From a virus (lineage: Duplodnaviria; Caudoviricetes), in IMG/VR virus record IMGVR_UViG_3300050156_000193, positions 1 through 64,000 of that record: a stretch of DNA of 64,000 nt, one strand, 5' to 3'. The translations under genes and the position numbers were made by a program. Positions 55,622-64,000 of the stretch are shown piece by piece; position 1 is the first letter of the stretch; each line of letters starts with the position of its first letter. The notes beneath the pieces are model-generated. The model had not been told where the DNA came from and did no database searches. It worked only from the letters and a program-made list of their open reading frames with translations.

Positions 55622-55852
55622 GTGCCGACAATGACAGCCGACTCCTCCCACGAAAAGGTCCCCGTGACTATTGCCGTTGCAGTCAGTGAATCAGGCTTAG
55701 TGCGAGTTGCTGTCGCCAATACGCATTGGATTCAACAGGAACGGGAACATACTAAGATGCTGGAAGAAATTCGCGGCGACAAACAACTATGGTCGTTGAA
55801 GTACATCAATACGACCGTACCCTACCCGATAAGCAAGGAAGATCAACTGTGA
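55622..55852 (+). CDS. Hypothetical protein
   Basis: 76 aa ORF. Confidence 0.45.
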   Translation: MPTMTADSSHEKVPVTIAVAVSESGLVRVAVANTHWIQQEREHTKMLEEIRGDKQLWSLKYINTTVPYPISKEDQL

Positions 55853-56172
55853 CTACTGATATACTTTCCGTTCCCCGGTCAGAACTTCAGGCGCTACGAG
55901 AAGCCTTGAACAATCTTATTTCCTGCCGCGAAGAACCCCTTTGCCCAGCAGTGGAAATAGGACAAGACGCAGTTCTTTTAATAGATGAACTCTTGGTGCG
56001 AGAGGACTTGCCTGAGCGCAAGCTTTTCGAACAATGGTACGAAAGTAACGCCTTGCCTGCCGAATCGGACTGGTTTAGGCTAGAGGTGGATGGCGATTAT
56101 TTCCACTCTGACACTGCTGCCGCTTGGGAAGGCTGGTCGGCCAGATCTAATCTTTGTTTAGGAAACTTCTAA
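55789..56172 (+). CDS. Hypothetical protein (start uncertain)
   Basis: FEQW...Y....AAWEGW pattern. Confidence 0.5.
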   Translation: MVVEVHQYDRTLPDKQGRSTVTTDILSVPRSELQALREALNNLISCREEPLCPAVEIGQDAVLLIDELLVREDLPERKLFEQWYESNALPAESDWFRLEVDGDYFHSDTAAAWEGWSARSNLCLGNF

Positions 56173-56507
56173 TCATGACTCAAACCCAGCAACCCTCATT
56201 AATTCATGACTGCCCTGAATGTGGCAATGGTTACTTGGCAATTCGCACCGATATCCACAAAGATAAACGGGAATTCGTCTATTGTGATATCTGCGGTGCC
56301 CTGGCCAGTCGAAATCTCTGGCAAAAAGCCTCAGTCGTCTCAGGATATGTAGACGGCATCAATGTCCAAGCCTTGTCCAAAGCTTTACTCAAACTTGGCT
56401 GCGCTTCAGGTGGTCAAGAAGAGGTGGCTGCTAAGCTGAGTGATCACATCAACCGGCTTATCCGAGCTGTTGAAGATCTGAACTTTCAACCAGGATCTCA
56501 ACCGTGA
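56154..56507 (+). CDS. Lar-like Zn-ribbon protein
   Basis: CPECG...FVYCDICGA. Confidence 0.5.
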   Translation: MFRKLLIMTQTQQPSLIHDCPECGNGYLAIRTDIHKDKREFVYCDICGALASRNLWQKASVVSGYVDGINVQALSKALLKLGCASGGQEEVAAKLSDHINRLIRAVEDLNFQPGSQP

Positions 56508-56657
56508 ATGGACTTTTCGAATTACTGCTACTGGGCCTGTGGGTGGCGGGAATCGTCCTCGCTTCTGGTGGGTGGACACTCTTAGCTATAGCCTTCCCAT
56601 TCTATAGTTTCTACCTAGTCGTAGAAAAGCTCTTAACCTTGATGGGTTGGGTTTAAG

Positions 56658-56867
56658 ATGAAATGTCTTTCCGATCTGGCCTCAGAAGACTTAGATAAAG
56701 CCTTCCGGGCACTCCAAGCTTTTCGAAAATCCCAGCAACAACCCGCAGTCCCCCTAGGCGTTTGCCCGGATTGTAAGGGTGCCGGATTCCTAGGTGGGCA
56801 GTTCACTTGCGGGGAAATCCCTTGTGAACTTTGTGCTGGTCGTGGTACACTTGCACAAAACCCATAA
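56658..56867 (+). CDS. Small protein with DnaJ-type CxxCxGxG motifs
   Basis: CPDCKGAG...CELCAGRG. Confidence 0.55.
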   Translation: MKCLSDLASEDLDKAFRALQAFRKSQQQPAVPLGVCPDCKGAGFLGGQFTCGEIPCELCAGRGTLAQNP

Positions 56868-56868
56868 A

Positions 56869-57711
56869 ATGCCCAAGTTCCTACGAATCACCTCCGATCT
56901 GCACTTCGAGTTCAGAGCGAAGTTCAACACCCCGTACTTCGCCAGCGATACTAGCAAGGCCTGCGCAAAGCTCATCCCCCCTGACGAAAAGGACAAGGAT
57001 TCGATCTTAGTTTTAGCAGGGGACACTACTTGTTACAAGGATCAGTTTCAAATCTTGCTCCCCATCCTTGCTGAAAGATTTGAGCAAGTCGTCGTTATTC
57101 CGGGGAACCATGAACATTACGGTTCCTCTTTAGATAACTGGGAAAGCTGGCAAGAACAAGTTAGCATCCCGGGAATCACCATTGTTTCTTGTAGGGAAGC
57201 ATTGACAATTCCTCTGACTGAAAAAGTCAACCTAATAGCTGCCACTCTTTGGACCAGCTGTGAAAGAGTTCCTCTATTTTCAGGGTTTAATGACTTTAAC
57301 CAAATCCGGGACCATTCTGTAGAAAGATGTGTTGACCTTTTCAACCATGCATCTTCTGAGATTGAGAAGTTGTTGATTGAAAACGGAAGGAATGGGGTAA
57401 CTTCCTTGGTTGCAACTCATCACCTACCTTCGTTTAGTCTTTGTGACCCTAGGTACACCCCTAGCCTTCTAGACGGGTTCTATGCTTCCAACTTAAACCA
57501 CCTGCTTTCTGGCGAAAATGCGCCTAAGCTTTGGGTTCACGGGCATAGTCATGCAATCCAAGATTGCAGGCTGGGGGATAGCTGGATTCTTTGTAACCCC
57601 AGCGGGTACCCCAATGAGCTGAAATACAAGAAAGGTAGACATAAGGTTTTCTGGGATATCGAACTTGGCGAAGTTTGGCAACCAAAAGACTTGACTTCTG
57701 CCATAGACTAA
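56869..57711 (+). CDS. Calcineurin-like metallophosphoesterase (start revised to ATG 56869)
   Basis: SDLHFE, LAGD, PGNHEHY, THH, HGHSH, NPSGY. Confidence 0.9.
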   Translation: MPKFLRITSDLHFEFRAKFNTPYFASDTSKACAKLIPPDEKDKDSILVLAGDTTCYKDQFQILLPILAERFEQVVVIPGNHEHYGSSLDNWESWQEQVSIPGITIVSCREALTIPLTEKVNLIAATLWTSCERVPLFSGFNDFNQIRDHSVERCVDLFNHASSEIEKLLIENGRNGVTSLVATHHLPSFSLCDPRYTPSLLDGFYASNLNHLLSGENAPKLWVHGHSHAIQDCRLGDSWILCNPSGYPNELKYKKGRHKVFWDIELGEVWQPKDLTSAID

Positions 57712-57719
57712 GCTATAAT
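57691..57719 (+). promoter_or_regulatory. Canonical sigma70 promoter for the tRNA operon
   Basis: TTGACT-N17-TATAAT, ending 9 nt before tRNA-Gly. Confidence 0.8.
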
Positions 57720-57728
57720 AACGTCTTC

Positions 57729-57804
57729 GCGGTCATAACTCAATTGGTAGAGTACCTGCCTTCCAAGCAGGATGTTGTCGGTTCGAGCCCGACTGGCCGC
57801 TCCA
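57729..57804 (+). tRNA. trnG: tRNA-Gly(TCC)
   Basis: Full cloverleaf, CT-TCC-AA loop, CCA end. Confidence 0.95.
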
Positions 57805-57805
57805 T

Positions 57806-57890
57806 CCACAAGTGGCGAAATTGGTAGACGCACCAGGTTTAGGTCCTGATGTCGAAAGACGTGAGAGTTCGAGTCTCTCCTTGTGGACCA
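57806..57890 (+). tRNA. trnL: tRNA-Leu(TAG)
   Basis: Long variable arm, TT-TAG-GT loop, CCA end. Confidence 0.92.
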
Positions 57891-57897
57891 GTATTTC

Positions 57898-57987
57898 GGA
57901 AGAGTAGCCAAGTGGTTTACGGCAGCAGTCTTGAAAACTGCCGGGGTGGAAACACCTCCGTGGGTTCGAATCCCACCTCTTCCTCCA
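57898..57987 (+). tRNA. trnS: tRNA-Ser(TGA)
   Basis: Long variable arm, CT-TGA-AA loop, CCA end. Confidence 0.93.
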
Positions 57988-57997
57988 CCTCCTCCTA

Positions 57998-58073
<76 letters not shown>

Positions 58074-58109
58074 CCTCCCCACCTCCTAGATCTAGGACCG
58101 GAACCTCCC

Positions 58110-58301
58110 GTGAATCCCCTCATCACAAAGTCCGACATTCGGAAAATCCAGTTCCAAGTTTTCCTACTTTTCTGTACGCTACTATTAGGCCTGTACAGTA
58201 CAGAACCTACCGTGCGGCATATCTGTTTCGGCGCAACTGGCTGGTTTTTTTCAATGGCCAGCTATGCTCTGCATAGTCTAAAAGATCGCATCCCTAATTA
58301 G
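58110..58301 (+). CDS. Small membrane protein
   Basis: 63 aa hydrophobic ORF. Confidence 0.45.
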   Translation: MNPLITKSDIRKIQFQVFLLFCTLLLGLYSTEPTVRHICFGATGWFFSMASYALHSLKDRIPN

Positions 58302-58308
58302 TTGTAAA

Positions 58309-58337
58309 TTCAACATTTTGCAAAAACGTGGTATAAG
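58309..58337 (+). promoter_or_regulatory. Early-type promoter motif, copy 8
   Basis: TTAGTTGTAAATTCAAC-N17-TATAAG. Confidence 0.75.
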
Positions 58338-58420
58338 AGAATTGTAAAGAGGATTTATATTCTCATTACATCCACTTCTTAAGCCTGCAGGCTTTCCCCA
58401 TCGCGCAAAGGAAACGCAAC

Positions 58421-59248
58421 ATGTCCAATTTCAATTCCAACAAGATCCTGAACCGTATGTTCCGCCGTATCCACGGCCTGGTCTGGGACCTGTCCACTGG
58501 TAGCATCGGTGTCAAGACTGAGTCTGGCATTGTCAGCCTGACCCAGGACCTCTCGGATTCCGCTGAAGGTGAAGCTCCTACCATCGTGTATGGCACCAGC
58601 ATCAATCCCTTCGACGGATTCGGTACCCCGATCCCTGCATTTGCCACTCAGACCGCCCAGGAAAATGTCAAGGACGGTGACCTGATCGTGGGTGACAAGA
58701 ACATCATCGGCTGGGTCATTGGCCGCACCGCTTCTGCCTTCAAGGTGCTGGACCACAACGGCAACACCAAGACCTACACCCCTCCGAAGGTTGCCATCAT
58801 GAACACTCAAGGTGTTCTGGTGGTGCAGAACCTGATGAACCTGGCTGGCGGCCAGGCTGGTCTCGGTGGTCTGGCAGGAGGTTTGATGCCCCTGCTGATG
58901 CTGGGTGGGAGTGAAGACAAGCTGGAGAAGATTCTCCCCATCCTTCTGATGCAGCAATCGATGGCTCCAGCTACTGCAGGTGCCGCCCCCGCTGCTAACC
59001 CGATGGTAGCCATGATGCCTCTGATGCTGATGAAGCAGCTCTCCGGGGAAAAGGGTGGCAAGAGCGACATCGACCCGATGATGTTGATGGCCATGTCCGG
59101 TGGTCTGGGCGGCGGTGCAGGTGGCATGAACCCGATGATGATGCTTGCCCTGCTGGGTGAAGGTGGTCTGGACGGTGTGCTGGGTGGCAGCGCCTCCCCC
59201 ACCCCTCTGCCGGCCCCGGGTATCCCCCCGCTGCAACGTCTGCGGTAA
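58421..59248 (+). CDS. Hypothetical protein with Met/Gly/Pro-rich low-complexity C-terminal half
   Basis: AAGGA RBS; repeated (N/D)PMM(M)L motifs. Confidence 0.75.
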   Translation: MSNFNSNKILNRMFRRIHGLVWDLSTGSIGVKTESGIVSLTQDLSDSAEGEAPTIVYGTSINPFDGFGTPIPAFATQTAQENVKDGDLIVGDKNIIGWVIGRTASAFKVLDHNGNTKTYTPPKVAIMNTQGVLVVQNLMNLAGGQAGLGGLAGGLMPLLMLGGSEDKLEKILPILLMQQSMAPATAGAAPAANPMVAMMPLMLMKQLSGEKGGKSDIDPMMLMAMSGGLGGGAGGMNPMMMLALLGEGGLDGVLGGSASPTPLPAPGIPPLQRLR

Positions 59249-59255
59249 CTCAAAC

Positions 59256-59282
59256 AAAAACCAGGCTTGTCCTGGTTTTTTT
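59256..59282. terminator. Intrinsic terminator
   Basis: AAAAACCAGG-CTTGT-CCTGGTTTTTTT. Confidence 0.85.
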
Positions 59283-59298
59283 AGCCAACTTTACACCG

Positions 59299-59334
59299 TT
59301 CAACAATATGCTTGAATTGTGGTATAAGATTAGT
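59299..59334 (+). promoter_or_regulatory. Early-type promoter motif, copy 9
   Basis: TTCAAC-N18-TATAAGATTAGT. Confidence 0.75.
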
Positions 59335-59393
59335 GTAGACAGAAAAGTCTAAAATAATCAACCACTTAACTAAAATAAAGGACTCTTAGCGTT

Positions 59394-59990
59394 TTGTTCA
59401 CCAAATCTTTTACCCCTAACTTCTCCAGATTCTTCTGCCCTTTTCGAAACTTTCGAGCTTTGCTGGTAGGCGTCCTTGTCTTATTGGCTTGCCCGTTACT
59501 GACAATCGGACAAGATCAAATCCCAGCCCCTTCTCAAAGCACTCGCAGCACCTACCAAGTTACTTCTGAGTTCATAGAGTACTTGTCAGACAGGTACGGC
59601 AGGCCAGCCCACGAAGTCTCTTTTATCGTCAAAGAGGTGCTGAAAGTGGCTAAAGACGTAGAAGAAGCTGCGACGATCCTTGGGATCATCTCAGTAGAGT
59701 CTGCGTTTAACCCTAAAGCTCGGTCTCAAGGGAACGTCGGGTTAATGCAGGTGAATGCTTCGGTCCATGGGGGCCAGGGATTAGCCGATCCAAAGAAGAA
59801 CATAGAAAAGGGTGCAGGGATACTTCGAGAGTATCATGCAGGGAACCTTGAGTACACCTTGGCCTCTTACAACCAAGGTCCGGGAAACGCAAAGAGAATT
59901 TGTGCTTCTAAGACTAAGTGTAAAACTAAGTACGTACAGAAGGTACTGGAGAAACGTAAAGAATTCTTGCCTTTCCTGGCTTCCCTTTGA
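59394..59990 (+). CDS. Lytic transglycosylase (SLT) with N-terminal hydrophobic anchor
   Basis: VESAFNP.A, GLMQV, ASYNQG. Confidence 0.85.
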   Translation: MFTKSFTPNFSRFFCPFRNFRALLVGVLVLLACPLLTIGQDQIPAPSQSTRSTYQVTSEFIEYLSDRYGRPAHEVSFIVKEVLKVAKDVEEAATILGIISVESAFNPKARSQGNVGLMQVNASVHGGQGLADPKKNIEKGAGILREYHAGNLEYTLASYNQGPGNAKRICASKTKCKTKYVQKVLEKRKEFLPFLASL

Positions 59991-60186
59991 AGGACGACCA
60001 TGCAGCCTACTATCATTGTACCGCCCCTCTCTTCTGCAAGCATAGACGTCTTTCGACGCTTGCTCGAAGATTCCAGCTACGCTTCAACTTTCACTTCTGT
60101 GGAAAACTACCGCTTGAATCTTCTCAAGCTTCTTAATCTTCTACTGGAGGATTCCGGTTCAACGACCCCCTAACCTAGGAGCTACC

Positions 60187-60345
60187 ATGCTCTCTTTCAT
60201 ATTCGTCGTGCTGTGCGCCGGCATAGCTGTCCTAAGCCTGTTGGCACTGTGTCTTATTCTATTCATGAAAGTCTACACGGCCGGTAACTCTGCCTTGGGC
60301 GACTTTATCTGTGGTAGTGGGGATCGGCAGGGGGACAACAAGTGA
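60187..60345 (+). CDS. Small single-TM protein; absent from ORF track
   Basis: MLSFIFVVLCAGIAVLSLLALCLILFMKVY... Confidence 0.5.
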   Translation: MLSFIFVVLCAGIAVLSLLALCLILFMKVYTAGNSALGDFICGSGDRQGDNK

Positions 60346-60719
60346 CTCTACATCTCGGAAGCCAAGCACTTGTTACTGATCAGGATCCTTCCCCGAGCTT
60401 TGACGCCCCTCTTCAAGGCTCTACCCGAGCCTATACCCATGTACTGGGTTTTGGAGACCAGGTCTCCTACGTCGTAGTCAAAGATGAGATTGTGTACTGC
60501 GTAGACTTGATAGATAATGAGGTCTCAATCGCCCCTGCTATCAAAGCTTTTGAAGTGCCTCAGTTTGTCCAGAAAGGGTCCTGGATAGAGATTCCTGTCC
60601 CGGATGGAACCGAAGCGTTGATCTTGAAGTCCAACCCTTCACAACCCACTCTAGGCACCAATCCGGGTGTCCTCAAGAATGTCACAGAAGCCAAACACAA
60701 GTCCAGAAAATGGCCCTGA
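60342..60719 (+). CDS. Hypothetical protein
   Basis: 125 aa ORF, GTGA overlap. Confidence 0.55.
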   Translation: MTLHLGSQALVTDQDPSPSFDAPLQGSTRAYTHVLGFGDQVSYVVVKDEIVYCVDLIDNEVSIAPAIKAFEVPQFVQKGSWIEIPVPDGTEALILKSNPSQPTLGTNPGVLKNVTEAKHKSRKWP

Positions 60720-60951
60720 TTTAAATCAGGCAAATCCACCTCCGCCCCCACCTCCACCTTCCCCTCCTGAAGTTCTCCGGTCTGCACTCCTCAGCCTTCA
60801 ACACGCAGCCCTCTTGTCCAGGAATCCAAACATCGACCCTCGCCGGGTCGTTGCTGTTTATCAAGTTACCGAAGAAGAGGCTCGAAAGCTAGACTTGGCT
60901 TGTCTACAGCACCAACTTCCAAAGTTCCCCTGGGAACCCCCACTTTCCTGA
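60667..60951 (+). CDS. Hypothetical Pro-rich protein (start uncertain)
   Basis: ORF fills the operon gap. Confidence 0.4.
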   Translation: MSSRMSQKPNTSPENGPDLNQANPPPPPPPPSPPEVLRSALLSLQHAALLSRNPNIDPRRVVAVYQVTEEEARKLDLACLQHQLPKFPWEPPLS

Positions 60952-60960
60952 AAGACTACC

Positions 60961-61503
60961 ATGCAAGATTTGATTTTCAAAGCCTCCAAGTCCCTAGTTA
61001 CCTACCCAGAGGAAGACCTGAATGATATCGACTCTCTGGTAGCTAAAACCCTGGTTAGCAGCTCAGCTTCTTTGACCGCTCTGAGTCAGGCGGGGATCCA
61101 ACTTCGTGGTAAAAAGGTAACTGTCAAGAAGCAGGAGGAGCTTGGCCGGCTAATCAGCAAGATTCTCTATGAGGCCTGTATCCTGATTTCCCTTCTGGAT
61201 ATTGACCCAGAAGGGTTTTCTGTAGGCAACCTAACCGAGCTGTCGGACCAGTTCTATGAGGAGTACCAGCAAGACAGCGTCATGTGTAGCATGAGCACTC
61301 ACCGCAGCTACATCTACATCATGGACGTCTACTTCTGCAGCCCTCAAGACCTAGAAGACGACCCTCCTGGTGATTTTGAAAACATCGAAGAAGCCTTGGC
61401 TTTCATCTTTGCTTCATGTATCATCCTGTGTGAACGCTTTGATCTGGATCTGGAGAATATCATCTGGAATGCCGGATTGATCAATCAACCGGAAGCGGAA
61501 TAG
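60961..61503 (+). CDS. Hypothetical acidic helical protein (possibly MazG-like fold; weak)
   Basis: 180 aa; EELG..., EEALA..F...I.LC..FDLDLE. Confidence 0.55.
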   Translation: MQDLIFKASKSLVTYPEEDLNDIDSLVAKTLVSSSASLTALSQAGIQLRGKKVTVKKQEELGRLISKILYEACILISLLDIDPEGFSVGNLTELSDQFYEEYQQDSVMCSMSTHRSYIYIMDVYFCSPQDLEDDPPGDFENIEEALAFIFASCIILCERFDLDLENIIWNAGLINQPEAE

Positions 61504-61518
61504 ATACTGCGTTTTCAT

Positions 61519-61553
61519 TTCCGTTTTCTGCAGAAACGTGGTATAAGAATAGT
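61519..61553 (+). promoter_or_regulatory. Early-type promoter motif, copy 10
   Basis: TTCCGT-N17-TATAAGAATAGT. Confidence 0.7.
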
Positions 61554-61625
61554 ACAGGCAGGTATTTCACTTGCACTAAGAACGGTAATCTCGCCGTTCT
61601 TTTTTTAATAAATACAAGGTTTTCC

Positions 61626-62069
61626 ATGGAAATAAAGATTAAGGCCCTAGTTCCTCACGCAGTCGCTCCTACCTATGCCACTTCTGGAAGCGGGGCGTTT
61701 GATCTCTATGCAACTTCAATGTATTCTCAAGTAGACTACAAAGACCCTGTTATCGTAAACACTGGGTTAGCTTTCGAGATCCCTCAAGATCACGTCATGC
61801 TGGTCTTTTCCCGTAGTGGTCATGGCTTCAAGGATGACGTCCGGCTTTCGAATTGCGTCGGAGTAATCGACTCTGATTATAGAGGGGAAGTAAAGGTGAA
61901 ACTCACTCGAGACGATAACGTCAATCATACCTCACCCTTTGCAGTCAAGGCGGGGGATCGAATTGCTCAGGCAATGATTATCAAAATAGACCAAGTGACT
62001 TTCACTTGGGTAGATGAACTGTCAAATACTGACCGAGACCTGTCCGGTTTTGGTAGCACGGGGGTCTGA
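61626..62069 (+). CDS. dut: Trimeric dUTPase
   Basis: SGAFDL, RSGHG, GVIDSDYRGE, GDRIAQ, GFGSTG. Confidence 0.95.
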   Translation: MEIKIKALVPHAVAPTYATSGSGAFDLYATSMYSQVDYKDPVIVNTGLAFEIPQDHVMLVFSRSGHGFKDDVRLSNCVGVIDSDYRGEVKVKLTRDDNVNHTSPFAVKAGDRIAQAMIIKIDQVTFTWVDELSNTDRDLSGFGSTGV

Positions 62070-62071
62070 CC

Positions 62072-62380
62072 ATGGGTGTACTGCTTTCAAGCCTTTCTCC
62101 TTCTGAGTTGGAGAGGTTGGCCTACATTAAGAATTGGCCAAATAAGGATCTACTCTTTGAGAGTGCCCTACGAGACTCTCGATGGGTACCTGAGCGGGTT
62201 GTGGAAGAAGACCTCTTGCACCAACTCAACAGCCATTACCAGGGCCAAATTGAGGTTTTGAAACAGCGGGTTTTGTTTCTAGCGACGGAGTCCGAAGTTC
62301 TCGGTAGCTATCAAAGAGAAACCACGTTTGTGGAGCAGCTTAAACCCGCTCCAGAGATCCTCTCCCGGAGGCAGAGTTGA
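62072..62380 (+). CDS. Hypothetical protein
   Basis: 102 aa ORF in operon. Confidence 0.55.
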   Translation: MGVLLSSLSPSELERLAYIKNWPNKDLLFESALRDSRWVPERVVEEDLLHQLNSHYQGQIEVLKQRVLFLATESEVLGSYQRETTFVEQLKPAPEILSRRQS

Positions 62381-64000
62381 CCGAACCTTTACCAATCCCA
62401 GAAGCTCAGCCTACTAACCAAGGCATCCTCCAGTACTTCCCCCTTCCTTCTGCTCGCAAAAGCCAAGAAGCCGTTATCAAGGAAATTGATAGAGTCTTCA
62501 AGGAAGGTAAGCGTATCGTTATCCTTGAAGCCCCTGTGGGTTCCGGTAAGAGTGCGATTGCTATGACTCATGCTCTAGCAGAGGGTGGGTTGATTGAAGG
62601 TGCCGGTGGGGCTCACCTCTTGACCCCTCGAAAAGGTCTTCAAGCACAGTACTATGAAGACTTTGGAAAGGATTTGGTCCTGATGAAGGGTCGGAGTTCT
62701 TACCCCTGCGTTTTTGATACCCCATACAAGCACTATACGCCTATCCTAGACGCTGTAGCGCAAGGTAGGGTACGTCACCCAGGGTGGAATGAACCTAACT
62801 GCGCAGAAGGGCCTTGTAAGGACAATCTAGAAGTTTACAAGATGTGTGTAGACGAGCGGCCTTGCCCGTACTCTCTTGCCATCAAAGTAGCTCAGGAAAG
62901 TCCCGTCATCGTCCACAACCTGCATTCCTTCATCTTCCAAACCAATTTTGGAGATAAGTTCCAACAACGCCCACTTCTGATCGTGGACGAGGCCCATGAA
63001 ATTGAAGGGATGGTCCGAGAGTTCATCACAAAGAAGGTTGTAGTCAGGACTCGGCTGTCTGATGCCGATATCCAAGCCCTTCAAGGTAATGAGGGGAAGT
63101 GTGCTCCGGTGAAAGCTTGGGTAGACTTTCTGCTTCAAGACAAGTTTGTGCCGGCAATCTCCGAGAGAGACTTGGCCTTAAAAGCTGCTGACCCAGAATA
63201 CGTCTCAGAACGAGATGAGTACCTGACTAAAGTATCTTCTCTGGAAGACAGGGACTACCTCTCTAAAGGCTTTTCAGTAGAAGTTTCTCCTACGTTTAAG
63301 CCGGGATCCCAAACTCCGTCTGGAGCAGTGCTCTCCTTCATCCCTCACTGGGTAGGCTCAGCAGTAGGAAGGCTTTTGCTTGATTACGGAGAGAAAGTCT
63401 TGCTCATGTCCGGCACTATCTACAATATGGAAACATATTGTAAAAACCTAGGAATCAATCTCAGTGATGCCCATATGATCAGGATTGGATCATCCTTCCC
63501 TAAGGAAAACCGTCCTATCTATGCCAAGCCGAAGTACCAGGTTAACACTTCTCATGCAACTTGGAATGAGAACTTCCCGGAGGTCATTGAAAAGATCCAA
63601 AGCATCATGGAGATTTTCAAAGATGCCAAGGGACTGATCCACGCTCCAAGCTATTCCGCAGCGGTGCAAATCACCAATGCTCTGAATAGTCCCAGAGTGG
63701 TTTCTCATGAAGCTGACGACTTCCAATCAAAGTTGGAGTCGTTTTATGAAGACCCTGAGCCCAAGGTTTTCGTGTCCCCTATCTGCCAACAAGGGGTTGA
63801 CTTCAAAGGGGACCGGGCAAGATTTCAGATTGCAGTCCGGGTACCTTACATGGGGATGGGGTCTAAGTTCGTAGAGGACAAGGTTAAGTCTGACTTCCCC
63901 TGGTACAACTACCAGGCCTTGGTAGTGTTTGGCCAAATCATTGGCCGAGTAAACCGTAGTGAGGACGATTACGGGGCGACCTTCCTTCTCGATGAGCGAT
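62377..64000 (+). CDS. DinG/Rad3-family (Fe-S) helicase, truncated at window end; absent from ORF track
   Basis: TTG start after GGAGG; EAPVGSGKS, Cys cluster (YPC..C..PC..C..CPY), VDEAH, MSGT, QGVDFKGD, QIIGRVNRSEDD. Confidence 0.9.
   Translation, partial: MTEPLPIPEAQPTNQGILQYFPLPSARKSQEAVIKEIDRVFKEGKRIVILEAPVGSGKSAIAMTHALAEGGLIEGAGGAHLLTPRKGLQAQYYEDFGKDLVLMKGRSSYPCVFDTPYKHYTPILDAVAQGRVRHPGWNEPNCAEGPCKDNLEVYKMCVDERPCPYSLAIKVAQESPVIVHNLHSFIFQTNFGDKFQQRPLLIVDEAHEIEGMVREFITKKVVVRTRLSDADIQALQGNEGKCAPVKAWVDFLLQDKFVPAISERDLALKAADPEYVSERDEYLTKVSSLEDRDYLSKGFSVEVSPTFKPGSQTPSGAVLSFIPHWVGSAVGRLLLDYGEKVLLMSGTIYNMETYCKNLGINLSDAHMIRIGSSFPKENRPIYAKPKYQVNTSHATWNENFPEVIEKIQSIMEIFKDAKGLIHAPSYSAAVQITNALNSPRVVSHEADDFQSKLESFYEDPEPKVFVSPICQQGVDFKGDRARFQIAVRVPYMGMGSKFVEDKVKSDFPWYNYQALVVFGQIIGRVNRSEDDYGATFLLDER

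Noticed and set aside
60187-60345. Holin paired with the SLT at 59394
   Set aside because: Only a single TM helix and proximity support it; the operon has an early-type promoter and many similar small membrane ORFs exist

Overview
64 kb segment of a large (jumbo-like) tailed dsDNA phage, probably a myovirus (gpV-like baseplate spike). The host is most likely a Betaproteobacterium; this is inferred from a PEP-CTERM protein, a DUF1566 protein and a TAXI protein. Two mostly minus-strand blocks (14077-27849 and 34258-41019) carry head morphogenesis genes (HK97-like capsid, cement, scaffold-like, prohead protease-like, portal-like) and a multisubunit RNA polymerase in three unusually split pieces. 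Plus-strand blocks carry early or accessory genes: ThyX, dUTPase, two metallophosphoesterases, two SNF2 helicases, a DinG helicase, an AAA ATPase, two Hef-like endonucleases, lytic transglycosylase, four tRNAs and an IsrB/omegaRNA IS200/IS605 element. Patterns read directly from the sequence: (i) about 10 copies of a plus-strand promoter-like motif, TTCAAY-N17/18-TATAAG; (ii) six genes with TA(A/T)AAT exactly 6 nt before the ATG, suggesting leaderless late transcripts; (iii) a pervasive K-x-A motif in head proteins, and an N-terminal NxYLxK(I/V)A tag shared with a helicase and an ART-like/nucleotidyltransferase protein, suggesting a virion cargo tagging and processing system. All functional calls come from motif recognition by eye; no searches were run.
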